Shown: positions 1-11,667 of the stretch, one piece after another
How the letters are laid out: every line of letters begins with the position of its first letter
How positions within the stretch are numbered: the first letter of the stretch is position 1
Assembly (NCBI GenBank): GCA_965247265.1
Contig: OZ252002.1
Coordinates: 2,108,863-2,172,862, forward strand
Length of the DNA stretch: 64,000 nucleotides
Source of the DNA: Gammaproteobacteria bacterium
Lineage (GTDB): Bacteria; Pseudomonadota; Gammaproteobacteria; UBA4575
Direction of reading: 5' to 3'
Notes under the pieces: model-generated
The model's database searches: none
Told to the model about the DNA's origin: nothing
Seen by the model: only the letters and a program-made list of their open reading frames with translations
Program-made: the position numbers and the translations under genes

Positions 1-32
1 TGTTTAACACACCTTCTTGTGTGTCATTTAGC

Positions 33-410
33 TCAAGCAAACGTGAAAGCCATTAAAGGACCCATCTCCGATACAGTGGTGCAAACTGGGTGCCCTTGAT
101 TACCAAAGATATCCCAAAATATTGTGGGGAATCCGCGTGGCGTATAATTTCCCACACCTGTTTCTGTCGCACGCTGTATCAATTTGGGTTTTGCTTCAAT
201 GGCTTGACTTATACCGCTCAAATCTCCCTTTATACCTGAGGCAAATACAGGTACGCCTAACTGAGAAAACCCTTCAGCCAGAATTTGCAACGTTATTGTT
301 TTCCCAGTGCCAGTAGCGCCTGCTATCAGCCCATGCCGATTAGCACGATTAAGCAAAAGCGTTTGCACAACCTCGCTTCCCCCAACTATGACGGATTGTT
401 TGGTAGCCAA
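33..410 (-). pseudogene. YjgR/DUF853-like P-loop ATPase, N-terminal 125 aa only; premature TGA at 33-35
   Basis: 'NRANRHGLIAGATGTGKT' and 'WDIFGNQGHPV' match the YjgR/DUF853 N-terminus; full-length homologues are ~500 aa, so the stop is premature. Confidence 0.5.
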
Positions 411-706
411 TAGAGTAGAATATTATCTAATTAATTATGTATGAATTCACGTATATTCATGAATTTGCAGCATGTCGCCCCAATGTGGCACTTAATACGA
501 ATCTCATAAGCAAATGATAACAAGTAAAATATAGTCCTTACAATCAATTGTTTACGAATATATACTGTGTTACAAACTAGAAATTGGCAGACCCGTTACT
601 TGCAGGAATTTTATTACTTCCAGTGAGATAATATACTCTAGTTACATAACACCAATAATACTAAGTTTAATTTCAACACAACGTTGCACTTCATGATGAT
701 TGAAAA

Positions 707-2800
707 ATGGACGTCTCAATCTTAATCTATAAAATGACTAAATTATTACATAATACAATTGTAACAATTGTTGCATGCGCTTGTGCAATTTCAATTTCTT
801 ACGCGAGCACTACTTCTAACCTACTTCCAGAAAACAAGCATAATCAAACAACTAAACTCATTACTCATTTTTTAGACAAGTACCATTATAAAGACTTTAA
901 TATAAATAATAATTTATCGAATGATATTTTAGATGCTTATCTAGAGTCACTAGATCCTAATAAGAGCTATTTTTATCAAAAAGATATTGATAGCTTTCAA
1001 AAATTTCGATTTAAACTTGATGACGCGCTAACACGTCCTGAGTTAAATGCCCCCTATCAAATTTTTAGGCTATATCAAGCGCGGGTAGATGAACGTGTGC
1101 TACATACATTAGAGCTTTTGAATAATAATTTTAATTTCACCATTAATGAAAATCTAATTATCGAGCGAGACGATCAAGGCTGGGTAACTAGTGAAACAGA
1201 GCTGAACGAAATTTGGAGAAAGCGTGTCAAGAATGACGTACTTTCGTTAAAACTCTCAGACAAATCGCCAGAAGAAATAAAGGAAACATTAGAAAAGCGA
1301 TATAAAGCGATTGCTAAGCGTAGTCAACAAGTCGATGCCGAAGACGTATATCAATTGTTTATTAATTCATTTGCGAGCACGCTCGAGCCACACACTAGCT
1401 ATTTGTCTCCGAGAAACTCTGAAAACTTCGAAATTAGAATGAGCTTATCTCTTGAAGGCATCGGTGCACTACTTCGAACTGATGGAGAATATACATTAGT
1501 AGAAAGAGTGATTCCTGGCGGCCCTGCTGATTTAAGCGATCTTCTTCATGCCTCGGATCGGATAGTTGGAATTGCCCAACAAAATGAAAAACAATTTAAA
1601 TATGTTGTTGGTTGGAAGCTAGAAGATGTCGTCAATTTAATACGAGGGGCAAAAGGAACAGTTGTAAAACTACAACTTTTACCAGGTAGCAAAGGTAAAG
1701 CTTCAAAAATAAAGGAAATCAGCATAACGCGTGACAAAGTAAAACTTGAAGAACAAGCTGCCAAAAGTGAAATTATTGAAATCAGTGATGATAATAGTAT
1801 TTATAAAATTGGTGTAATTGATATTCCAACTTTTTATATAGATTTTACAGCATATCAACGTGGTGATAATAATTACCGCAGCACCACACGAGATGTTGAT
1901 AAATTAATTCATGAATTTAATAATAAAACCATTGATGCATTAATTTTGGATTTGCGTGGAAATGGTGGCGGGTCATTAACAGAAGCTACACAGTTAACCG
2001 GCCTTTTTATTGATAAAGGACCCATCGTGCAAGTACAAGATTCAAGTGGACATATTGAAGTGCACCATGACCGCGACGCTAACGTCTCTTACGAGGGTCC
2101 TTTAGTTGTCTTAGTAGATCGATTAAGTGCATCTGCATCAGAAATTGTGGCCAGCGCCATACAAGATTACCAACGTGGCTTAGTGGTTGGAGAAACTACA
2201 TTTGGAAAAGGGACAGTCCAACAATTAGTCGATTTAAATAATTTTGGATCAAATGATGAATATAAGCTTGGTCATCTGAAAGCGACTATTGCCCAATATT
2301 TTCGAATAAATGGTGGCAGCACACAATACCGTGGTGTAATTCCCGATATTGATTTTCTGACTATTTTTGATGGCGAAAAATACGGGGAACGCGCATTAAA
2401 GAATGCATTGCCATGGAGTTCTATTTCTTCGCTAAATCACACCATTGGACCTGTCAATGAACAAGTAATTAATAATACTGCAATAATGCATCAATCAAGA
2501 ATCACATCAAATAAAAGTTTCAATTCTTTGTGTGAGATAATGCAACTTGATTTTGCATATAGAGACAAAAATTCTATATCCTTACTAGAATCTGCTAGAA
2601 AAAAGGAATATAAAACTTTTGAAGACACACGATCTTCTTATGAGAAAGTTTTAAAAAATACCAAACAAAATCTAAACATTTCTGATGACAGTGAAGAATT
2701 CAGCGACGTATTACTTGATGAGACTGCACATATCGCTTCCGATTTAGCTAAATTTTTAAAATCTAAAAATTCAAGTTCTTTTGTAGAGCGAAATCACTAA
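707..2800 (+). CDS. prc: tail-specific (C-terminal processing) protease, S41 family
   Basis: 697 aa; signal peptide, PDZ region, S41 core 'LVDRLSASASEIVASAIQDY' and a C-terminal extension typical of Prc. Confidence 0.85.
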   Translation: MDVSILIYKMTKLLHNTIVTIVACACAISISYASTTSNLLPENKHNQTTKLITHFLDKYHYKDFNINNNLSNDILDAYLESLDPNKSYFYQKDIDSFQKFRFKLDDALTRPELNAPYQIFRLYQARVDERVLHTLELLNNNFNFTINENLIIERDDQGWVTSETELNEIWRKRVKNDVLSLKLSDKSPEEIKETLEKRYKAIAKRSQQVDAEDVYQLFINSFASTLEPHTSYLSPRNSENFEIRMSLSLEGIGALLRTDGEYTLVERVIPGGPADLSDLLHASDRIVGIAQQNEKQFKYVVGWKLEDVVNLIRGAKGTVVKLQLLPGSKGKASKIKEISITRDKVKLEEQAAKSEIIEISDDNSIYKIGVIDIPTFYIDFTAYQRGDNNYRSTTRDVDKLIHEFNNKTIDALILDLRGNGGGSLTEATQLTGLFIDKGPIVQVQDSSGHIEVHHDRDANVSYEGPLVVLVDRLSASASEIVASAIQDYQRGLVVGETTFGKGTVQQLVDLNNFGSNDEYKLGHLKATIAQYFRINGGSTQYRGVIPDIDFLTIFDGEKYGERALKNALPWSSISSLNHTIGPVNEQVINNTAIMHQSRITSNKSFNSLCEIMQLDFAYRDKNSISLLESARKKEYKTFEDTRSSYEKVLKNTKQNLNISDDSEEFSDVLLDETAHIASDLAKFLKSKNSSSFVERNH

Positions 2801-2802
2801 TT

Positions 2803-3984
2803 CTACGTTAATTGACTAAAAATTCTAAACCCGGCAACGTACGTTCCAATTGCCGACCCTAATGAACTCAACAGAAATATCAATAAAATTCTTGCAACTC
2901 TGTTTTTGCGCCACCCCATTAGTGTAGATGTATCTTTACGCAACTCTCCAAAATCTTTAACTGTTGGCTTACGAATAAATATTTCGACAGCTGCAGTCAC
3001 CATGCCTGCTCCAATAGTTGGATTAAGAGATGTAATAGGAGCTGCCACAAATGCTGTGGCTATTGTGATGAGATGCGCGCCAGCAATTGCGGCACCAAAT
3101 GCCGACAAACTCCCATTAATTACCACCCACTGCCATATTAAATGCCATCCCAGCTCAGGACTTTTCTTAAAGCCAAGATAAAACCCTACGCATATTAGTG
3201 CAACAATTACCCATGGGATAAATTTAAACCAAGATCTTTTATGTGGGATTGTATCTAATTCTGCAATTACAGAATTTGGATTGAAGCCTTTATTTTTAAG
3301 ATACTGTGACATGCCTTTTACGTGCCCTGCTCCTACTACTGCAAGAATATTTTTAGCTTTATTCTCCTCAGTGGTTTTAAATAATTTTGCAGCCATGTAT
3401 TTGTCACGCTCATCAATGAGTGGCTTAAATAAATCTTCTGCTTCTTCAGAAAACTGTGTAAACGTTGTTTCTAAAATATCGCCACTTTTAAGCTTTTCTA
3501 TTTCTTCTTCAGTGACTTTTTCACGCGACAAGACACTGGTAAGTAAACCCGCAACTAAATATATTCGTTTCCAAAATGGAACATTATGGTATACGCGTTT
3601 AAGTGTTGTACCTACTTCTCGATCGATCAGGACTATTGGTATGTTAAGCATCTTTGCTTCTATGATTGCTGTTTTCATTTCTACACCTGGCTCAATACCC
3701 AATTGTTCAGCAATTCTTTGCTGATAAGCGCCCAATGCTAAGCTTGCTATCACCATACTGGCTTTTCCTTGGCGTATTACGTCGAATAGATCCATCTCCG
3801 CCAATAGACTGGGGCGCATAATCGAGTTGTACCGGCTTTGGCATAGCTCAATACATACCACATCAAATTCTTCAGACTGAACCAGCTCTTTAACTGCTTC
3901 GGCACTCGCTCTCGATACATGTGCAGTACCCAGTATAGTTAATTTGCTCTCGTCTATAGAAAGCGATTGAGTTGGTTCCATCAC
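2803..3984 (-). CDS. TraB/GumN family protein
   Basis: 393 aa; 'ILGTAHVS' N-terminal motif followed by C-terminal transmembrane segments, as in TraB-family pheromone-shutdown-like proteins. Confidence 0.55.
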   Translation of the reverse strand: MMEPTQSLSIDESKLTILGTAHVSRASAEAVKELVQSEEFDVVCIELCQSRYNSIMRPSLLAEMDLFDVIRQGKASMVIASLALGAYQQRIAEQLGIEPGVEMKTAIIEAKMLNIPIVLIDREVGTTLKRVYHNVPFWKRIYLVAGLLTSVLSREKVTEEEIEKLKSGDILETTFTQFSEEAEDLFKPLIDERDKYMAAKLFKTTEENKAKNILAVVGAGHVKGMSQYLKNKGFNPNSVIAELDTIPHKRSWFKFIPWVIVALICVGFYLGFKKSPELGWHLIWQWVVINGSLSAFGAAIAGAHLITIATAFVAAPITSLNPTIGAGMVTAAVEIFIRKPTVKDFGELRKDTSTLMGWRKNRVARILLIFLLSSLGSAIGTYVAGFRIFSQLT

Positions 3985-4057
3985 GTGAAAATTAAGGACT
4001 TGTTATTAACAATAATTATGAATATTAAAATTTACAGTTTTATTCAAAGCACGACAA

Positions 4058-4414
4058 CTAATCGTATTCATTATACTTTTTAGAACTGCCTTTAACTTTT
4101 TCAATCGGGTATCGCTTGTCATTGAGTTCCATCTTGCGCTTAGTCACTTCCATTAAATCAATATCTAATTGATCAGTAATTCGTAACAAAAATATAAATA
4201 TATCTGCAAGCTCAAAGGCTACAGCAGCTTGGCGTTGAGGTGAGAGCTTTTCGCTTTGTTTTTCTGTCATCCACTGAAAATTTTCAAGTAGTTCAGCTGC
4301 TTCAACTGATAGCGCCATAGCTAAATTTTTTGGGCTATGAAATTGCTCCCAATCTCGTACCTGTGCAAATATTTTTAGCTTAGACTTGAGTTCTTCAATT
4401 GCAGGTTCACTCAT
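4058..4414 (-). CDS. MazG-like nucleotide pyrophosphohydrolase
   Basis: 118 aa; 'LAMALSVEAAELLE...FELADIFIFL' EExxE/D core. Confidence 0.6.
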   Translation of the reverse strand: MSEPAIEELKSKLKIFAQVRDWEQFHSPKNLAMALSVEAAELLENFQWMTEKQSEKLSPQRQAAVAFELADIFIFLLRITDQLDIDLMEVTKRKMELNDKRYPIEKVKGSSKKYNEYD

Positions 4415-5787
4415 TATGTAGAATCCTTATCTGTAGCAGAGTTCTTTTCATTGTTGAGCGATTTATTATGCTCATGCACTAATTCCTTAATCGTCATGCT
4501 GCCCATCACTTTATTATAATGCTGATCAATACTGGTTAATAACGAATTTGTTGTAGAGAAAGTTTGATTCAGAAATGAATTAATATGACTATTAGGTTTT
4601 GGTTCACGTACAGTATCTATAACTGTTTTCAAGGTTAATTCACTTAACGGTAGTGCGGGACTATACGCAGGAAAATCCTCATCTGCCTTTAACAACAGCC
4701 CGTTCGATAAAAATAGATCTAATTGATATTCGATTGAATCCTTAGGTAGTTTTAGCATATCGACCAATTCATTTACAAAAACTGGCATTTTATTTTCGTA
4801 GTATCGTTGCCCAATTACTGTCATAAGTTCCAATGCTAGCTCTTCTTTCTGCCGATTTGTTAATGAATGCTCCTGTTTATAAATAGACAATGATTCAGGA
4901 TACTGTTTATAAAATGCAACACTTGAACCCACCAATAATATTAACCAGCTCCACCATAACCAAATCATAAATAAAAATATAAACGCAAAACTAGAATAGA
5001 TTGCAGTATATTGTGAAGACATAGACGACGAAATTCCTGCGGCAAACACCCATTCAATTGTTTGCCATAAAATACCAGCCACGATTCCACCCGTAATTGC
5101 TGGAACTGGTTTTACTTTAGTATTTGGAATAAATAAATATGTAAACGTAAATGCTGCAATGATTAGTAAATATGGAACCAACTTTGTTCCAAACCTTATT
5201 AGCGTACCAAAAGGCTCAATTGAGATAATGGCTTGAACAACAAGTGTGTTCATAGCAGTGCCTGTTACTGCAATGGCTATTAATACCAAAACCGGCCCTA
5301 CCATAATCACACTCAGATAGTTGCTAAATCTCCTAATTAAAGAGCCAGTTTGGTACACTTTCCACGTATAGTTAAATGCATACTCGATTTTTTGAATCAG
5401 CCTAACAATAATCCAAAGCAACAGGAATAAACCAATTCCGCCGAGTGCACCTACATCCACATTATCGACAAAACCGGTAATATTTACTGCAATTTCATTG
5501 CCCTAATCATCTAAAGGCTCTAGATAATTTTGTAGCAGAGGCTCCAATCGATTATGCACACCGAATGTCTTCATGATAGAAAAAATTACGGCAATTAAGG
5601 GTACTATTGATAATACTGTTGTAAATACCAAACTCATGGCACGTAAATTTAACTGGCCATCCATAAATTCCACGACCATGATATAAATAAAGCGAAAAAT
5701 TCCTAATATCCACGCTTTCCACCAAGCGCATTCACTTAAATCTGCTTCCCAGATTATTGCTTTTAATTTTTCTAAAAATGATTGCAT
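4414..5787 (-). pseudogene. yihY: YihY/BrkB family membrane protein split by an in-frame TAG at 5503-5505
   Basis: ORFs 5503..5787 and 4414..5460 are in the same frame and together make one contiguous YihY-like protein; only an amber codon separates them. Confidence 0.55.
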
Positions 5788-5936
5788 TAGGCTGTATTAA
5801 GTAACTTACCTATTTTGATCTCAAAATTGTATCAGATACCTTGTTGGCAAGTTAAAAACAAGCCAAAACTCATAGTTTATTAATAGTTGGCTTAATTTAT
5901 AGAATAAAAGGAATAATAAAAAAATGAGTATGGCTA

Positions 5937-6722
5937 TTACAATCCAGAACAAGCAGAGCATTTAGGATCTTTACGAATTTTGACCGTATGCCATTCCATA
6001 TTTAAGGCGTCAATTAAAAGCAATTTGTTGAGTAATTTGTCACCCCTATTGATTATTAATTTTATCACTTCTGTTGCTTGAATACAGCCAATCAACCCCA
6101 CTACCGATCCAAGTACTCCAGTTTGCGCACAACTTTCTTCAAGTTCTCCTTGGTTTGGATAAAGACATTGATAGCAAGCACTATTATTTTGCATAGAAAA
6201 AACTGTCACCTGGCCTTCAAATCGGATTGCTGCGCCCACAACAAGTGGTGTTTTTAGATTTACACACGCTAAATTTATTGCAAATCGAGCAGTAAAATTA
6301 TCTGTTGCATCAACCACAACATCTGCATTTTTAACTTCTTCTTCAAGCTCAAATTTATTTAATACTCTATTTAATGTTCGTACATTGATATTAGGGTTCA
6401 GTTCGCCTATTGAATGTATTGCTGATTGTACTTTTTCTTGTCCAAGATTTTTTGTCTTATGGATAATTTGTCTTTGTAAATTTGATAAATCAACCACATC
6501 TGGATCTACAACTGTCATTTCTCCAACACCGCTTGCTGCTAAATACATTGCAATGGGAGAACCCAGTCCGCCGACCCCAAATAATAAAACTTTTGAGCGA
6601 AGTAGTTTTTGTTGGCCATGAATATCAATCTGGGGCAACATAATCTGACGACTATAACGAAGTAAATCGTCATCGCTCAATTCATCTTCTTTAAATAGTG
6701 GCGCCATGTTTAATTCCATCAT
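5937..6722 (-). CDS. moeB: molybdopterin-synthase adenylyltransferase (ThiF/MoeB family)
   Basis: 'LLFGVGGLGSP' Rossmann motif, CxxC...CxxC zinc motif; sits in a cluster with mobA/mobB. Confidence 0.8.
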   Translation of the reverse strand: MMELNMAPLFKEDELSDDDLLRYSRQIMLPQIDIHGQQKLLRSKVLLFGVGGLGSPIAMYLAASGVGEMTVVDPDVVDLSNLQRQIIHKTKNLGQEKVQSAIHSIGELNPNINVRTLNRVLNKFELEEEVKNADVVVDATDNFTARFAINLACVNLKTPLVVGAAIRFEGQVTVFSMQNNSACYQCLYPNQGELEESCAQTGVLGSVVGLIGCIQATEVIKLIINRGDKLLNKLLLIDALNMEWHTVKIRKDPKCSACSGL

Positions 6723-6734
6723 TGCTGCATAATT

Positions 6735-7049
6735 TTATTCTTTACGCTTCGCTTCGCCTTCAGAAAATGTCTTCATCTGTTCAGGTGTTGCCTCTTTCAA
6801 ATATTTAGATTTCCATTCAGAGTAAGGCATCCCATAGATTAATTCTCTGGCTTGTTCATACTCCATTGAAATTCCTTTTCCTTCAGCAGCCGCTACATAC
6901 CACTTTGATAAACAATTTCTGCAAAAATCAGCTAAATTCATCAAATCTATATTTTGAACCTCTGTTTTAGCTCGCAAATGCTCAACTAACCTTCTGTATA
7001 CGGCAGCTTCGATTTCAATTCTGTCTTGCTCACCCATCTGATTACTCAT
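6735..7049 (-). CDS. DUF1244-family protein
   Basis: 104 aa conserved small protein with 'CRNCLSKWY' motif. Confidence 0.45.
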   Translation of the reverse strand: MSNQMGEQDRIEIEAAVYRRLVEHLRAKTEVQNIDLMNLADFCRNCLSKWYVAAAEGKGISMEYEQARELIYGMPYSEWKSKYLKEATPEQMKTFSEGEAKRKE

Positions 7050-7129
7050 TTTAAACTCCTCAAATAAAACAATTTACAACATTATATTTATTTTTTCTGG
7101 TATGTTTCAGCTTAACCCTAAAATAATCA

Positions 7130-7732
7130 ATGACTAAATATTTTATTGAAAATGTATCAGCAGTGATATTAGCTGGCGGTAAAGCAAGACGCATGGGTGG
7201 CCAAGATAAAGGCTTAATCGAAATTGCTGGCAAACCAATGATTGCCCATGTGATCAATAACTTGCAAAACCAAGTGTCTGAGATTTTGATTAATGCGAAT
7301 CGAAATTTAAAGATATATGAAAAATACGGATATAAAGTCTTCCCAGACCAATTAGATAATTATCAAGGCCCTTTAGCAGGAATCGCATCGGCCATGAATA
7401 ATGCATCTCATAATTTTCTATGCACCTGCCCTTGCGATGGGCCGTTAATCCCCAATGATCTTGTAGCGCGTCTATTTTCTGAAATGCTTAATCAAAATAG
7501 CGATATTTGCGTTGCCCATGATGGCGAGCGTATACAGCCTATTTATGCATTAATGAATTGCAATTTACATTCAGACTTAAATAAATATTTAAATAGTGGA
7601 AAGCGCAAAATTGATCATTGGTATGCTCAACACAATCTTGTCGAGGTTGACTTCAGCGATAAGAAAGAATGCTTTATAAATGTAAACACGCGTAATGATC
7701 TAAGCAACCTACCACAGCAACTATTAAACTAA
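7130..7732 (+). CDS. mobA: molybdenum cofactor guanylyltransferase
   Basis: 'VILAGGKARRMGGQDKGL' N-terminal nucleotide-binding motif. Confidence 0.8.
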   Translation: MTKYFIENVSAVILAGGKARRMGGQDKGLIEIAGKPMIAHVINNLQNQVSEILINANRNLKIYEKYGYKVFPDQLDNYQGPLAGIASAMNNASHNFLCTCPCDGPLIPNDLVARLFSEMLNQNSDICVAHDGERIQPIYALMNCNLHSDLNKYLNSGKRKIDHWYAQHNLVEVDFSDKKECFINVNTRNDLSNLPQQLLN

Positions 7733-7739
7733 TTTCCTT

Positions 7740-8276
7740 ATGGAAAAAATAAAATTCATTAAACCAATTATTGGTCTATGCGCCTATAGCGGATCGGGAA
7801 AAACAACGTTACTAGAAAAGCTAATTCCCATTTTTACTGCTTATAGGCTTAAGGTGGCTGTTATCAAACACGCACATCACACTTTTGATATCGATCACCC
7901 TGAAAAAGACAGTTATAAAATCAGGAAAGCGGGTGCTCAGCAAATTCTGATCTCCTCTCAAAATCGCTGGGCACTTATTCATGAAAATGTGTCAGAAAAC
8001 GCCGAATTATCCATTGAAGAAGCTTTAAATCAGATCAACATCGAAAATATTGATTTCATCATTGTTGAAGGATTTAAAGACTCACCAATCCCCAAGATTG
8101 AAATTCATCGGCCTGAATTAGGCAAGCCACTCATTTCAAACAGTGATGCCCATGTAATAGCCATAGCCACCGATAATATGGAAAAAACGCATTCTTCCCT
8201 TCCATTACTCGACCTCAATGACGCAGCAATAATCGCAAAGTTTATTAAGGATTATATATCCCGATACAGCGCATAA
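7740..8276 (+). CDS. mobB: molybdopterin-guanine dinucleotide biosynthesis adapter protein
   Basis: P-loop 'GSGKTTLLEKLIP'; lies 8 bp downstream of mobA. Confidence 0.8.
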   Translation: MEKIKFIKPIIGLCAYSGSGKTTLLEKLIPIFTAYRLKVAVIKHAHHTFDIDHPEKDSYKIRKAGAQQILISSQNRWALIHENVSENAELSIEEALNQINIENIDFIIVEGFKDSPIPKIEIHRPELGKPLISNSDAHVIAIATDNMEKTHSSLPLLDLNDAAIIAKFIKDYISRYSA

Positions 8277-8533
8277 ATGATCAGTACTCAGTTCTCCACT
8301 GAAGAATACAAAAATGTTATAATTCAAGCATATAATGATGCTTAAATGCCGGCTAAATAATTCAAAAGGCATATATTATACAAAGAAACACAATAAGTTG
8401 CTCTTTGTATGTAATCTAACTTATTAAATTTAAGTAAGGTCACAACATCTCCTTAACATCTAGGAGATAGGATCTATTGGCTAGCTATTTCGTTAGTTGT
8501 GATTAATTTTTATACAAATTCAGGAGAATTTAA

Positions 8534-9841
8534 ATGGCAGATCGAACCGTCACAGTAATTGACAACTCGACAGGGAAAAAGGTCGACCTACCCCTTTTAG
8601 ACGGTATTAACGGTCCAAGCGTAATTGATATCAGTAAATTATACAGAGAACTTGGTTACTTCACGTTTGATCCAGGCTTTGTATCCACTGCGAGTTGTGA
8701 TAGCAAAATTACATTTATTGATGGAGATATTGGTCAGCTTCGTTATCGCGGATATCCCATTGAACAGCTCGCCGAAAAAAGTACGTTCTTAGAAGTATGC
8801 TATTTACTACTTTATGGCGAACTCCCAAAAAAGACAGAATTTGAGGAATTTGAAGCTAGACTCCGACTGCATACTTTATTAGATGAAAAGATGCGTCGAT
8901 TTTATTTAGGCTTTCATAATGATGCGCATCCAATGGCCATGATGGTTGCTACAGTTGGAGCACTTTCTGCATTCTATAATGATCAAATCGATGTCAATGA
9001 TCCTGAATCTCGCGAGATTGCAGCAAAACGTCTCATAGCAAAAGTGCCTACCATGGCTGCATGGGTTTATAAATATACCGTTGGACAACCCTTTATGTTT
9101 CCAGATAATAATTTGGACTATGTAACAAATTTCTTGTACATGATGTTTGGATTTCCAACTATGGACTACAAACCCAACCCTGTTTTCGTTCGTGCCATGG
9201 ATGTAGTTCTCATTTTACATGCCGATCATGAGCAAAATGCATCGACTTCTACAGTGCGATTAGCGGGCAGCTCTGGTGCGAATCCTTATGCTGCATTATC
9301 AGCAGGCATTAGCTGTCTATGGGGGCCAGCTCATGGTGGTGCAAATGAAGCCGTAATTCATATGCTAGAAGACATTGTTAAATCAGATAAAGACGTTAAT
9401 TACTACATTGATCGTGCGAAAGATAAAAATTCAGGTTTCCGATTAATGGGATTTGGGCATCGTGTATATAAAAATTACGATCCTCGCGCAAAAATAATTC
9501 GCACCGTGTGTCATGAGTTGTTAGCAGAATTGGGTGACAATAATCCAAATCAACCTTTATTTGATACCGCTATGGAGCTAGAACGAATTGCACTGGAAGA
9601 CAATTATTTTGTAGAACGCAAATTGTATCCAAATGTGGATTTTTACTCTGGGATAATTTTGCGAGCCATGGGGTTCCCGCTAAATATGTATACCGTAATA
9701 TTTGCACTAGCGCGAACTGTGGGTTGGATTTCACATTGGAAAGAACATATGAATGATCCGATTGCGAGAATTGGACGGCCCCGCCAGCTATATACAGGTT
9801 CTGACGAACGAGACTATGTAGATATTGACAAGCGCGGTTAG
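8534..9841 (+). CDS. gltA: type II citrate synthase
   Basis: 435 aa; 'GFGHRVYK', '[12 protein letters not shown]' catalytic motifs. Confidence 0.9.
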   Translation: MADRTVTVIDNSTGKKVDLPLLDGINGPSVIDISKLYRELGYFTFDPGFVSTASCDSKITFIDGDIGQLRYRGYPIEQLAEKSTFLEVCYLLLYGELPKKTEFEEFEARLRLHTLLDEKMRRFYLGFHNDAHPMAMMVATVGALSAFYNDQIDVNDPESREIAAKRLIAKVPTMAAWVYKYTVGQPFMFPDNNLDYVTNFLYMMFGFPTMDYKPNPVFVRAMDVVLILHADHEQNASTSTVRLAGSSGANPYAALSAGISCLWGPAHGGANEAVIHMLEDIVKSDKDVNYYIDRAKDKNSGFRLMGFGHRVYKNYDPRAKIIRTVCHELLAELGDNNPNQPLFDTAMELERIALEDNYFVERKLYPNVDFYSGIILRAMGFPLNMYTVIFALARTVGWISHWKEHMNDPIARIGRPRQLYTGSDERDYVDIDKRG

Positions 9842-11049
9842 TTTATTTGCGAAAAATACTTTCGCATGACTGGAGCAAAATGCTCCTCATCAATCAAGAA
9901 TGAGTCATGGCCATTAATTGAAGATAGGCGTGCAAATTCTACATCACGCCCTGCGTTGTCAATTCCGGTATAGATTTCTTCTTGCTGTTCAATTGGAAAT
10001 AAAATATCTGTCTCAACACCAATCACTAATGATCTCTTAGCATGAATTTTAGCAAGCCCCGCATTTACAGAACCACCATGCTCTGCTACATCAAATAGAT
10101 CCATTGCTCGAGACAAATACAAATAACTATTTGCATCAAAGGTATCGACAAATTTATGTGCGTTATAGTCAAGATAAGATTCAACTTCAAACTCAATACC
10201 AAATTTATCATCAGTACGTCGTGACGCATCAACGCGGGCACGGCTAAAACGTCGATTCCATTCTTCACCTGCACGGTACGACACTAAGCCCAATTTACGC
10301 GCTAACACCATCCCCTGTTTTGGTTCTTCATCTGGCTCGTAGCAACCTTTTTTCCATTCAGGATCACAACGAACAATTTCGCGTTGTAGAGAACGCATTG
10401 CAATAGCAAGCGGTAAAGAGCGACACGCTGAAGAAATAGTAACGAGATGGTCTACTTCATCGGGATACTGTAATGCATACGCTAAGGATGACATGCCACC
10501 CATAGACGCACCTACTACAGCACGCAAATAATCCACACCAAGCTCTTGCATTGCATGGTGACCCGCTTTGGCAATGTCCTCAATCGTCAGCTCAGGATAT
10601 TCTGAGCAATATTGTTTGCCCGTATTAGGATTAATTGAAGTCGGACTTGTTGATCCAAAGCAACTGCCCAGTGAATTTACACAAACAACATAGAAACGAT
10701 TGGTATCAATGGGTTTATCAGGACCGATCATGTATTCCCACCAACCAGGCGAAGAATCTTCAGCAGATGAGCAAGCATGTGCAGATGGAGAGAGCCCAGT
10801 AAATACTAATACAGCATTATCATGTGTCTCTGATAACTTTCCCCAAGATTCATACGCAACAATTACCTTAGGTAATGAACCGCCACGACGCATGATAAAA
10901 TCTGATGTTCCATAATCTCCATGCAACTCAATAAATCGCGTTGCAGTTGTTACACGATTTGGAATCGGATGAATATCTTTTGCAGCTGTGCTCACAATAA
11001 TTCTCTTCGTAGTCAAATATGTATTAATGTGTCTAATACAGTAGGCCAA
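9838..11049 (-). CDS. metX: homoserine O-acetyltransferase (alpha/beta hydrolase)
   Basis: 403 aa; 'GASMGGM' nucleophile elbow and N-terminal MetX architecture. Confidence 0.8.
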   Translation of the reverse strand: MAYCIRHINTYLTTKRIIVSTAAKDIHPIPNRVTTATRFIELHGDYGTSDFIMRRGGSLPKVIVAYESWGKLSETHDNAVLVFTGLSPSAHACSSAEDSSPGWWEYMIGPDKPIDTNRFYVVCVNSLGSCFGSTSPTSINPNTGKQYCSEYPELTIEDIAKAGHHAMQELGVDYLRAVVGASMGGMSSLAYALQYPDEVDHLVTISSACRSLPLAIAMRSLQREIVRCDPEWKKGCYEPDEEPKQGMVLARKLGLVSYRAGEEWNRRFSRARVDASRRTDDKFGIEFEVESYLDYNAHKFVDTFDANSYLYLSRAMDLFDVAEHGGSVNAGLAKIHAKRSLVIGVETDILFPIEQQEEIYTGIDNAGRDVEFARLSSINGHDSFLIDEEHFAPVMRKYFSQIN

Positions 11050-11113
11050 ATGTACCGCTTCCTATGAACCGATAAAATACTACAACAAGGATATTACTAT
11101 TAAATTTACCGCG

Positions 11114-11611
11114 TTAGACATGATTTCGTGGTCGTAGCGTCTGAATTATTGACAAACCGAATAGAGCAATAAATAGAATTAGCGTCTGTTCAGGAATCGT
11201 TATGCCTGCAAAAGTCCAACTCACATCGGCGCACGCTCCTGCGCCTGTAAGTATGCTTTTTATCACATCAAATATTGGCAAAGTGTCAAGCATGTAATAG
11301 AGGTCAGGTCCACACTCCGGAACCTGATCTTTAGGCAAATTTTGCAACCAAATGTGTCTAGCCGCAAGTGAGAGACCTATTAAACTCAAAATGCCACATA
11401 TACCTGCATATATTTTTGCAAAATATGATTTTGAGTTATGAAGTAATGCTAATAAAAATATTCCACCCAACGCTAATAAAACTACACGATCAAGTATGCA
11501 CAGTGGACACGGGTCTAAATACAATGTTTTTTCAAGGTATAATATTGCAAATAGTAAAGATGCAATACAAATCAAGAGGCCGTATAAATTTAACAAACGA
11601 TAGCTATACAT
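11114..11611 (-). CDS. dsbB: disulfide bond formation protein B
   Basis: 165 aa; four transmembrane segments with 'CPLC' and 'CGPD' cysteine pairs. Confidence 0.8.
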   Translation of the reverse strand: MYSYRLLNLYGLLICIASLLFAILYLEKTLYLDPCPLCILDRVVLLALGGIFLLALLHNSKSYFAKIYAGICGILSLIGLSLAARHIWLQNLPKDQVPECGPDLYYMLDTLPIFDVIKSILTGAGACADVSWTFAGITIPEQTLILFIALFGLSIIQTLRPRNHV

Positions 11612-11667
11612 TTTGATAAAGTTAATATTAAAGATTTATATAAACGAATAATATTTCGGATTCATGG

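Noticed and set aside
122-316. Short ORFs nested in or antisense to long well-supported genes (e.g. 122..316, 1546..1764, 2906..3181, 3281..3724, 6385..6621, 8906..9088, 10086..10274, 10700..10915, 11368..11616, 11823..12069, 12795..12983, 13683..13880, 14615..14839, 15826..16331, 16598..16789, 17973..18242, 20438..20647, 21182..21625, 24700..24945, 26134..26334, 26536..26730, 27549..27755, 32428..32682, 33603..33815, 34821..35066, 35919..36149, 36624..36839, 38070..38738, 39938..40138, 41788..42466, 42697..42903, 48374..48589, 51114..51410, 52735..53028, 54928..55197, 59429..59641, 60639..60965, 61917..62111, 63024..63492, 63710..64000)
   Set aside because: Each lies opposite or inside a gene with clear homology and codon bias; they have no RBS and no recognisable motifs. 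They are typical shadow ORFs.
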